Position numbers and translations under genes: made by a program. From the NCBI GenBank assembly GCA_965644315.1, contig CBFFRQ010000148.1, positions 1 through 30,945 on the forward strand: DNA of 30,945 nucleotides, in the 5' to 3' direction. Below the pieces are notes generated by a model. It was not told the origin of the DNA and made no database searches. It saw nothing but the letters and a program-made list of their open reading frames with translations. Shown in pieces: positions 8,363 to 17,640 of the stretch. Position 1 is the first letter of the stretch; every line of letters begins with the position of its first letter. The DNA is from Caecitellus pseudoparvulus. Its lineage: Eukaryota; Protista; Bigyra: Bicosoecida.

Positions 8363-11281
8363 TTTCCAAATGTCAAGCTAATCACAAGTTGTGAAGTGCT
8401 AACATTGCCTAATCCAGGCGCTCGTGCACCCAAGTGTGGTGTTGCACAGTGCTTGCTGGTTGGGTGGTGCGCACCGGGGCGGGGTAGTGCGAATTCCGCA
8501 CACCATCGCACCGTGGCTCCCAGTTTGCGCCCTCGGTCGGGGCATGCACCTGGGATCGACATCAAAAGCATCATTGACAAGCATCATGAACGCCCAAGTG
8601 GATCAAGTCCTGGGGGTCCTCTTCGTGGAGGGGTGCCTGAAGCGCAAGCAAGTGCTCGGCCCCAGAACAGGTGTCTTCACTGACATGCCACGTCGGGGTG
8701 CCGCACGCACCTTCGAGCTTGGAGGACCCCTGCCCAAGACTGATCATGATAGTTCATCTTCGGCACGGGACATGTGGCTCGAGGTCTATGGGGAAGCCGC
8801 CGAACGGCTGATCCCAGGGCTGAGTGCGGAATTCGGCAACGCCAATGCGGCCCTGCGCCAGGGACCCACCGGATCGCCAACCATCCTCGTCACGCTCGGA
8901 AGTGAGGGTGATTCACCAACAGTGGCACGTCAACTTCGCATTCTTGCTGCTCAAGAGGACGACTTCGCCATTCGAGTCGGCCAAGGTGGGTTCGTCGCCG
9001 TGGCCTACACCAACACCAAGCAGTTCGCATCGGCGAAGGCGAAAGTGAAGGTGAAGGCCCACCCCACCGCCATCCAAGTGGCCCACCAAGTGACCAAGGA
9101 AGCAACCGAAATCGCCTGCCAGTCAGGTGATGTTGCCAAGGTCATGTGCCTCGTTAGGTCCCACTTCGACCATGGCCCCGTGCCAGCCCAAGCCGTCCGT
9201 CCCAGTGTCAGACAATCCGTCCCCTCCGAGGGTGATGCACCTGTCGACACCAAGACACCATCGACCTGGACTGACACTCAGCTCGACAAGGCACCGAAGA
9301 AGAAGAAGACCCGTCGAGGCAAGCGAGGAAAGGGCAAGTCAGCCGGACGATCCCTCACCTTCGAGGACGTCTTCATCAAGAACGTCCGGCCACCTGCACC
9401 TCGACCAACCTCACCACCTGCCACCCAAGGCTCACCCAAAGATACCGTCACCACCCCTGTGGTGCATGCCATGTTGCCTTCATCAAGGGTGCAGCGGGGC
9501 GTCGACCGCAAGTGGCCGTCCCCCACCCCGTCGGGCGAGGCAAGCCCCGAGGTGCACCGGTATCGGCCGTCTGCAGCAGCAGCATGGGAGGTGATCACAA
9601 GGGTGGTGCCTCTTCATGACAGTGTGCGGACACCCGAGCACCTGGCCGAGTACCCCATCAAGCCTGGCCCTCTGGCCGACCTGCTGTCATCGACCCACGT
9701 GTACTCTAACGTGGGGGGCGGGCCTGTGTCCAGGCCTGTCTCGAGACGGCAGCAGGGGAGAGGGTCTTCGAGGCTGGGGACCTCCTCCTACTCCAGCATG
9801 CAGCCACCATCAACGCTGCCCAGCTTGCCTTCAAGCACATGGTCAGGCAGCTGGAGGGGGTGGTCAGTGACTCGTCCAGCTCGGACATCATGGACGTCGG
9901 CCAGAAGCCACCCTCCCCCTTCCGCTCAGACGGGCAACGGGTGGCCGTCTTCCGCAACATGCTGCACCAGCACTCGCCGGATGACACCTTCCTGGCCCCA
10001 GGTACACCACCAGTCCTGCTTCCCGGCCTGCACCTGCTCATCGACCGCATCAACCAAGGGTACCGTGCCCCAGCCGGGCATGATGACCTTGGCCAGGCCG
10101 GCGTCGACCCCAGCCAGGTTGATGAAGAGGGTGACCAAGAGGGGCACCTCGACGGAGTGCTGTATGCCTTCGCACTTCGAGAGGTGTGGACCGACAACAC
10201 GGCCCATCTGCAGCTCATCCTCGTCGACCATGATCGAGGCAAGCTGGTGCTGTGGAACCCCGACATCCCTGACCTCCATGACGAGCTGCCCCTGCACAAG
10301 TGCATGACCCGGCTGGCAGCCGAAGGCATCAACGTCTTGTACCGGATCTGGACCACACCCGAGGCGGGCAGTCCAGCACCCTTCCGGGACAGGCTTCGAG
10401 GGGCACTCCAGTCTCTCCGAGATGACTTCCCCCTGCCTCACAAGGCCACCGACGGCACCGTGCACCCCCAGACCCTCATCGCTGGCAAGGGCACAAGGGT
10501 GGCCATGCCTCATGGGCGGATGACCCGACAGCAGGCCGCCACCCTGGAGGCTGAGGTCAAGGACCCCCTCAAGCGGCTGGTGCCTGAAGACGGCGAGGGT
10601 CGCCTGCCCAAGGTCAAGGATGTGCCCCACATCTCGATCGGGCAGATGGGTGGACGCCTGATGTAAGTCACCTGTGGGGGCATACTCCCTGTGCCACACA
10701 TGACTGAAGCTTTGTGTCGCGACCGACGCACATAGCTGACATCGGACATTGGAAAGTCCAACCCAACCTCACCATCACCAACCCAACATCGATACCAACA
10801 CATCAGGACTCGGCTCAGTGGAAGGGGAAGGCACTTGCAGCAAGATCTGTGAGGCCGCCCCCAAACCTGAGCCGAAGGGACAGCCGGGCTGGGTCGTGTG
10901 CTTGCATCTCAGCAACACCCAGTCCGTGTCGAGTCCATATCCTCCAGCCCACACCGCCACCCAAGCCAAGCAAGTCGGGTCTCCACCCCTGGACATCGGA
11001 CCGAGACGGACGAGACTGGACTGGACGGACAAGACAAGAGTGGACCGAGACCTGGACCTACACCTCAAGACCATCCCACCGGGGCGGGCGCTGAAGCGCC
11101 AAGACAGACGGCGACTTATACAACGGACACGAGTCTGTGCTAGTCGCAAAGCCGTGCAAGCGGTGCCGTCGTGGTGTCTGTGTCACTGCATTCTGTTGTG
11201 GCGCAGGTGGCACCACATGTCCAAGCCCAAGCTGTACCATGATGTAGCCTGCATGGAGGCAATCTGCAATGCATTGAGTAG
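8363..11281 (+). mobile_element. RT-less (non-autonomous) telomeric retroelement, copy 1
   Basis: It shares a 55-nt identical 5' block and 3'-terminal motifs with the long element. It encodes only a paralog of the N-terminal region, is flanked by telomeric repeats and is near-identical to 11299-14221. Confidence 0.88.
8586..10666 (+). CDS. ORF1-like protein of the short element, copy 1 (frameshifted at a G run, likely a sequencing error)
   Basis: By eye it matches 11522-13606 except G6 versus G7 (9713-9718 versus 12649-12655, frameshifting) and C5 versus C8 (10429-10433 versus 13366-13373). Confidence 0.75.
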
Positions 11282-11298
11282 CTAACCCTAACCCTAAC
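11282..11298 (+). repeat. Interstitial telomeric spacer CTAACCCTAACCCTAAC
   Basis: 17 nt of telomeric repeat between the two short elements. Confidence 0.92.
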
Positions 11299-14221
11299 TT
11301 TCCAAATGTCAAGCTAATCACAAGTTGTGAAGTGCTAACATTGCCTAATCCAGGCGCTCGTGCACCCAAGTGTGGTGTTGCACAGTGCTTGCTGGTTGGG
11401 TGGTGCGCACCGGGGCGGGGTAGTGCGAATTCCGCACACCATCGCACCGTGGCTCCCAGTTTGCGCCCTCGGTCGGGGCATGCACCTGGGATCGACATCA
11501 AAAGCATCATTGACAAGCATCATGAACGCCCAAGTGGATCAAGTCCTGGGGGTCCTCTTCGTGGAGGGGTGCCTGAAGCGCAAGCAAGTGCTCGGCCCCA
11601 GAACAGGTGTCTTCACTGACATGCCACGTCGGGGTGCCGCACGCACCTTCGAGCTTGGAGGACCCCTGCCCAAGACTGATCATGATAGTTCATCTTCGGC
11701 ACGGGACATGTGGCTCGAGGTCTATGGGGAAGCCGCCGAACGGCTGATCCCAGGGCTGAGTGCGGAATTCGGCAACGCCAATGCGGCCCTGCGCCAGGGA
11801 CCCACCGGATCGCCAACCATCCTCGTCACGCTCGGAAGTGAGGGTGATTCACCAACAGTGGCACGTCAACTTCGCATTCTTGCTGCTCAAGAGGACGACT
11901 TCGCCATTCGAGTCGGCCAAGGTGGGTTCGTCGCCGTGGCCTACACCAACACCAAGCAGTTCGCATCGGCGAAGGCGAAAGTGAAGGTGAAGGCCCACCC
12001 CACCGCCATCCAAGTGGCCCACCAAGTGACCAAGGAAGCAACCGAAATCGCCTGCCAGTCAGGTGATGTTGCCAAGGTCATGTGCCTCGTTAGGTCCCAC
12101 TTCGACCATGGCCCCGTGCCAGCCCAAGCCGTCCGTCCCAGTGTCAGACAATCCGTCCCCTCCGAGGGTGATGCACCTGTCGACACCAAGACACCATCGA
12201 CCTGGACTGACACTCAGCTCGACAAGGCACCGAAGAAGAAGAAGACCCGTCGAGGCAAGCGAGGAAAGGGCAAGTCAGCCGGACGATCCCTCACCTTCGA
12301 GGACGTCTTCATCAAGAACGTCCGGCCACCTGCACCTCGACCAACCTCACCACCTGCCACCCAAGGCTCACCCAAAGATACCGTCACCACCCCTGTGGTG
12401 CATGCCATGTTGCCTTCATCAAGGGTGCAGCGGGGCGTCGACCGCAAGTGGCCGTCCCCCACCCCGTCGGGCGAGGCAAGCCCCGAGGTGCACCGGTATC
12501 GGCCGTCTGCAGCAGCAGCATGGGAGGTGATCACAAGGGTGGTGCCTCTTCATGACAGTGTGCGGACACCCGAGCACCTGGCCGAGTACCCCATCAAGCC
12601 TGGCCCTCTGGCCGACCTGCTGTCATCGACCCACGTGTACTCTAACGTGGGGGGGCGGGCCTGTGTCCAGGCCTGTCTCGAGACGGCAGCAGGGGAGAGG
12701 GTCTTCGAGGCTGGGGACCTCCTCCTACTCCAGCATGCAGCCACCATCAACGCTGCCCAGCTTGCCTTCAAGCACATGGTCAGGCAGCTGGAGGGGGTGG
12801 TCAGTGACTCGTCCAGCTCGGACATCATGGACGTCGGCCAGAAGCCACCCTCCCCCTTCCGCTCAGACGGGCAACGGGTGGCCGTCTTCCGCAACATGCT
12901 GCACCAGCACTCGCCGGATGACACCTTCCTGGCCCCAGGTACACCACCAGTCCTGCTTCCCGGCCTGCACCTGCTCATCGACCGCATCAACCAAGGGTAC
13001 CGTGCCCCAGCCGGGCATGATGACCTTGGCCAGGCCGGCGTCGACCCCAGCCAGGTTGATGAAGAGGGTGACCAAGAGGGGCACCTCGACGGAGTGCTGT
13101 ATGCCTTCGCACTTCGAGAGGTGTGGACCGACAACACGGCCCATCTGCAGCTCATCCTCGTCGACCATGATCGAGGCAAGCTGGTGCTGTGGAACCCCGA
13201 CATCCCTGACCTCCATGACGAGCTGCCCCTGCACAAGTGCATGACCCGGCTGGCAGCCGAAGGCATCAACGTCTTGTACCGGATCTGGACCACACCCGAG
13301 GCGGGCAGTCCAGCACCCTTCCGGGACAGGCTTCGAGGGGCACTCCAGTCTCTCCGAGATGACTTCCCCCCCCTGCCTCACAAGGCCACCGACGGCACCG
13401 TGCACCCCCAGACCCTCATCGCTGGCAAGGGCACAAGGGTGGCCATGCCTCATGGGCGGATGACCCGACAGCAGGCCGCCACCCTGGAGGCTGAGGTCAA
13501 GGACCCCCTCAAGCGGCTGGTGCCTGAAGACGGCGAGGGTCGCCTGCCCAAGGTCAAGGATGTGCCCCACATCTCGATCGGGCAGATGGGTGGACGCCTG
13601 ATGTAAGTCACCTGTGGGGGCATACTCCCTGTGCCACACATGACTGAAGCTTTGTGTCGCGACCGACGCACATAGCTGACATCGGACATTGGAAAGTCCA
13701 ACCCAACCTCACCATCACCAACCCAACATCGATACCAACACATCAGGACTCGGCTCAGTGGAAGGGGAAGGCACTTGCAGCAAGATCTGTGAGGCCGCCC
13801 CCAAACCTGAGCCGAAGGGACAGCCGGGCTGGGTCGTGTGCTTGCATCTCAGCAACACCCAGTCCGTGTCGAGTCCATATCCTCCAGCCCACACCGCCAC
13901 CCAAGCCAAGCAAGTCGGGTCTCCACCCCTGGACATCGGACCGAGACGGACGAGACTGGACTGGACGGACAAGACAAGAGTGGACCGAGACCTGGACCTA
14001 CACCTCAAGACCATCCCACCGGGGCGGGCGCTGAAGCGCCAAGACAGACGGCGACTTATACAACGGACACGAGTCTGTGCTAGTCGCAAAGCCGTGCAAG
14101 CGGTGCCGTCGTGGTGTCTGTGTCACTGCATTCTGTTGTGGCGCAGGTGGCACCACATGTCCAAGCCCAAGCTGTACCATGATGTAGCCTGCATGGAGGC
14201 AATCTGCAATGCATTGAGTAG
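11299..14221 (+). mobile_element. RT-less (non-autonomous) telomeric retroelement, copy 2
   Basis: It has the same termini as copy 1 (5' TTTCCAAATGTCAAG, 3' GCAATGCATTGAGTAG), an intact ORF and flanking telomeric repeats. Confidence 0.88.
11522..13606 (+). CDS. ORF1-like protein of the short element (694 aa), paralog of the long element's N-terminal region
   Basis: Collinear conserved blocks with the 815 ORF include QVLG.LFV..C, FTDMPRRGAARTFELGG, EDDF..R.G.GGF.AV, CVQACLETAAG, PPVLLPGLH.L..RIN, AHL.LIL.DHDRG.LVLWNPD and ELP.HKCM.RL. It stops just before the position of the APE SWNV motif. Confidence 0.87.
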   Translation: MNAQVDQVLGVLFVEGCLKRKQVLGPRTGVFTDMPRRGAARTFELGGPLPKTDHDSSSSARDMWLEVYGEAAERLIPGLSAEFGNANAALRQGPTGSPTILVTLGSEGDSPTVARQLRILAAQEDDFAIRVGQGGFVAVAYTNTKQFASAKAKVKVKAHPTAIQVAHQVTKEATEIACQSGDVAKVMCLVRSHFDHGPVPAQAVRPSVRQSVPSEGDAPVDTKTPSTWTDTQLDKAPKKKKTRRGKRGKGKSAGRSLTFEDVFIKNVRPPAPRPTSPPATQGSPKDTVTTPVVHAMLPSSRVQRGVDRKWPSPTPSGEASPEVHRYRPSAAAAWEVITRVVPLHDSVRTPEHLAEYPIKPGPLADLLSSTHVYSNVGGRACVQACLETAAGERVFEAGDLLLLQHAATINAAQLAFKHMVRQLEGVVSDSSSSDIMDVGQKPPSPFRSDGQRVAVFRNMLHQHSPDDTFLAPGTPPVLLPGLHLLIDRINQGYRAPAGHDDLGQAGVDPSQVDEEGDQEGHLDGVLYAFALREVWTDNTAHLQLILVDHDRGKLVLWNPDIPDLHDELPLHKCMTRLAAEGINVLYRIWTTPEAGSPAPFRDRLRGALQSLRDDFPPLPHKATDGTVHPQTLIAGKGTRVAMPHGRMTRQQAATLEAEVKDPLKRLVPEDGEGRLPKVKDVPHISIGQMGGRLM

Positions 14222-14263
14222 CTAACCCTAACCTAACCTACCCTAACCCTAACCCTAACCTAA
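14222..14263 (+). repeat. Degenerate innermost telomeric tract (CCCTAA, CCTAA and CCTA variants)
   Basis: The sequence reads CTAA CCCTAA CCTAA CCTA CCCTAA CCCTAA CCCTAA CCTAA. Confidence 0.92.
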
Positions 14264-14278
14264 TTGAATGAACTAACC
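14263..14278 (+). mobile_element. Relic 3' terminus of a long-type element
   Basis: ATTGAATGAACTAACC is identical to 8342-8357, the long element's 3' end plus telomere junction. Confidence 0.7.
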
Positions 14279-14819
14279 TCCCACACCTGCGAGCTGAATC
14301 ACCGCAGATGAGAGAGCCGTCCCCATAAGTTTGCTGCTATGCCCAGCCTGCTTGCGTGACAGGCGTGTCCGTGAACACTCGGGTGGCTGCGGTGCGGCAC
14401 AGCGTAAGTGTGAAGCAGTTGAACCCCTGCGGAAAATGCCTTGAAACGCAATGAAACGCGCGGCCTCAAATCAGCCGAGTTGCGCGTTGCATACAATGCA
14501 GGTTGTGATCGAGAAGTCCTTTCGTAAGTTTGAAAAGAAGACTTTGAAGAGGAATTTGATACTGATGACTAGGGCTGGTCTTTGCGTGCTCACTTGCCCA
14601 AGGAGAACGCAGGGAGTCCTGCAGCGTTGAGAGCAGCGCCAAGCCTGAAGAATCTTTGCATGGCAGCAGGCACTGCAAAAGGAAAAAGGCTTGCAGTTCG
14701 CATTTCGAGCTCCCTATGTAAGCTTTCGCTGCAACTGTATTTTTTGTGAGCTGGAGTGTGAGTTCAGCAGACTTGCGCCGTTGTCAGTTTGAAGAGTCTC
14801 TGTGAGGATGGCACCCGTG

Positions 14820-15420
14820 GTGGGCCATCTGACGCGGAGGGGCCAAGGTAAAGCACCGCCCTGGCTGTTGATGAGCTTGCATGGCTGGGGTAGAGCCTGC
14901 TGCAAGAGTCCCTGCGCAAAGGGGTGGTGTTCCTGGCCCCCGCTTGAACTGGATCACACCCTGCCCACGACGTGCTTTGTGGCCTAGCACACGGCTTGAA
15001 CCAGTGCATGCTGCACCTCAGGATATATACCGATAGAGGGGTGCTTCCTGCAGAGTGCCCTTTTTCAGGAGTCAACCTTGTGTTTGAAGGGCTGCGTGAG
15101 GTCTCGCCAGGAGGCTGCGTGGACCTTGACCGTGCCTTCGCGGCCGTGCACGGCGGACCACTCCCACAGGCGATTGGCACACATGATGTACATAGTGAGA
15201 CGTGTCGGGGGGCGAGGTCTATGCAGCCGAGGAAGTTGGGCATAGCTTGCGTGTGGGGAGTGCGCTCGCAGAGGCGAAGTTGATGCCATGCCGGGCTGGG
15301 CCATGGTTTGAACTGCCGCTGTGGGGCTTGAGGCAGCCTTATGAACTAGATCTCACCCCAACGTGCTCCTATGGGACACGAAGCTTGCGCCCTGGCTTCG
15401 CATTTCCTTGCAGTGGTGTA
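14820..15420 (+). pseudogene. Possible decayed gene fragment of unknown family
   Basis: A coding-like frame (STALAVDELAWLG*SLLQESLRKGVVFLAPA*TGSHPAHDVLCGLAHGLNQCMLHLRIYTDRGVLPAEC...) is interrupted by isolated stops and an apparent frameshift near 15255. Boundaries are approximate. Confidence 0.25.
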
Positions 15421-16011
15421 TGGGTGGGACTATCTTGGCGTTGTTGGTTGTGTGAGCGGCTATCCTATGGTATGGCATGCCAACTCGCTGCCGGACAATT
15501 GCCGAGGCCGGCTTTAGCCAAACTCAAAGCCTGTCCGTGCTCGTTTCCGGCGTATCTCTTCGCTCCGTGCCCCTGTCGGCCTTGCGCTGCCAGTGCTTCA
15601 AAAACCACAAGCCAAGCTGGCCACACTCTCCGCTGTGGCACAACTCAAACCAAACCTTGCCAGGGGTAACGGAAATTCAGCCTGGCATCCAGCAGGTAAG
15701 GACATCCTTCAGCTCGATGTCGGCGTGAACCTTTCTTCCCGTGTATCTTGTCAGGAGGTGGTGCGTGCAGCGTTGGCGTGTCACTTGCCGTTGCGATTTC
15801 CGCACATGGAGCCCTGCCGCATTCTTCTCACAAAGACTGGCGCAGTGGCTGCGTCTGCATTTCCACAGGTTTGACGTCGGCATCGGTTTACGCCTTCCCT
15901 TGCTGCATACCTGTTGCTCATCTGCGCAACATTTCGGAGCTTCACTCATACGAGCCTGTTTCTACCTGTGGCTCCAACTTCGGCGTCGTTTGCATCCTGG
16001 CGTCACGTATC

Positions 16012-16833
16012 ATGGCAACCATTGATGATCCGGCACAACTCAAAACCCAATGGAAAGCCGCTTGTGAAAGAAGTGATGTTTTTCAGCTGTGGCTTATCTT
16101 GGGGCGAGTCAGCGCTCAGTCTTCATCTTTGGCAGAGACGCTGGACAGTTCTGACACAACAGATGGGTTTCTAGTCGCTTGCCGATGGGGGGAGGTGGAG
16201 TTGATGCGTGAGCTGCTAGCCCTGGCAGGTGATCTTGCGGTGGATGTGCACGCGCCAGATGGGGGTGGGCCTGAGGCCGGCTTTCGAGCCGCATGCACAA
16301 ATGGCGACATAGACATCGTGTGCGAGCTGCTGGCCCTCACTGGGGCGCGGGAAGTGGATGTACACGCGGCGGATCGGGCTGGACCTGAGGCTGCCTTCCG
16401 AGAGGCATGCCGTGGTGGCTACACAGACATCGTACGAGTTTTGTTGGGCCTCACCGGGGCACGGGAAGTGGATGTGAATGTGCCGGATTGGGCTGGACCT
16501 GAGGCTGCCTTCCGAGGAGCATGCGAGAGTGGCCGCACAGACGTCGTGCGTGAGCTGCTGGCCCTTACTGGAGCGCGGGAAATCGATGTGCATGCAGAGT
16601 ATTTGGCGAAGCCTGATGCCGCTTTTCGATTGGCACTCGGAAAAGACCATGCAGACACCATGCGAGAGCTACTCGCCCTCACTGGTCACCGAGCCATCCC
16701 ACCTCACATCTGGCTCCAAGAAGGGGAGTCTGCCACGCAAGCTGCGCGTGATGCAGTGTGGGCTGGCACCAGCACTCGGCATGGGCGACGTGCGATGCTC
16801 ATGCTAAAATCTCGTGGTGCGGGACGTGCGTGA
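16012..16833 (+). CDS. Ankyrin-like repeat protein, paralog A (273 aa, about 4 full 38-aa repeats)
   Basis: Repeats of VDVHA.D..GPEAAFR.AC..G..DIVRELLALTG. The ATG at 16012 was chosen by alignment of the N-terminal W.AAC motif with its paralogs. Confidence 0.85.
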   Translation: MATIDDPAQLKTQWKAACERSDVFQLWLILGRVSAQSSSLAETLDSSDTTDGFLVACRWGEVELMRELLALAGDLAVDVHAPDGGGPEAGFRAACTNGDIDIVCELLALTGAREVDVHAADRAGPEAAFREACRGGYTDIVRVLLGLTGAREVDVNVPDWAGPEAAFRGACESGRTDVVRELLALTGAREIDVHAEYLAKPDAAFRLALGKDHADTMRELLALTGHRAIPPHIWLQEGESATQAARDAVWAGTSTRHGRRAMLMLKSRGAGRA

Positions 16834-17640
16834 GGAACGGTCCCAATGCAGTCCCTGATTGCGACAGCGCTTATTCCTCTCGCACACCCTCCAACTCCCC
16901 AGGCGCCGAGTCAGAATCCTGCATTACAGAGCAACACCACCTTTCAGCGCTTGAACGGCATTCAAGACGTAGCTATGCCCACTCCTTGGAACGTGGCGTC
17001 TTCTTTCTTTCAAGGCACGCCAATCATGTGCATCTCGCACATTTCGTCGCTGCCAAGCACACCCAAGCAGCTGGGAACGTTACAGAGACGTGCATCCTGC
17101 AAGGCAGCATCAGCACCTTTCTCTGTAGCAGCACAGCACACTAACAGAGATCCACACCTTCCAGTTGAGAGGTGCAGTCAATGAAGGTGGCAACGCGTCG
17201 CCGATCTCCGCGACGCCACGAAACACCCTCCAGACGAGCTCGCCCCTTCCCGCTCTTAACAACACTCGCAGCCTCGCCCTACCAGCTGCCTATCACACTG
17301 CAAAGTGGCAGTCGGGCGTTGAATCCCGTGGCAAGGTGTGGCAAGGTCAGGGGTACCGGCACAGCAGCTGGTGTGGCCTTGCAACCACGCAGTTGCCCCC
17401 AGCACCGCCGTCCCACTGCCTGACATGCGCTCACAACCTTAGCTGTGCGCAGCATGGTTGGCTTGGGTGTGAAGTGCCACCACCTCAGTGAGGGGAGAAA
17501 GCGTATGCTTTGAAGGCAGTGCTGTGTCTGCAAAGACACCCTGCTTGGAAGTCACAAGTTAAGCGTAGGGACCTGTTTCCCGCACCATAGGGATCCAGGC
17601 AAGCCTCACGACTGACCCCATGCTTCTGACTTTTCGACAA

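Noticed and set aside
604-8451. LTRs flanking the long element
   Set aside because: The repeated block is the 5' end of the next element, separated by telomeric repeats. It is only partly identical, and no integrase or primer-binding site is evident.
10749-11285. 178-aa second ORF in the short element
   Set aside because: It has a TTG start, low-complexity content and no counterpart in the long element. Its presence in both copies only reflects their near identity.
10663-11353. GTAAGT donor at the short ORF's stop spliced to the next copy's acceptor to give a fused ORF
   Set aside because: The join is out of frame with the next ORF and soon reaches a TAG. There is no transcript evidence.
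14562-14640. Hammerhead ribozyme core (CTGATGA)
   Set aside because: No properly placed stem II plus GAAA follows, and the site lies outside the elements.
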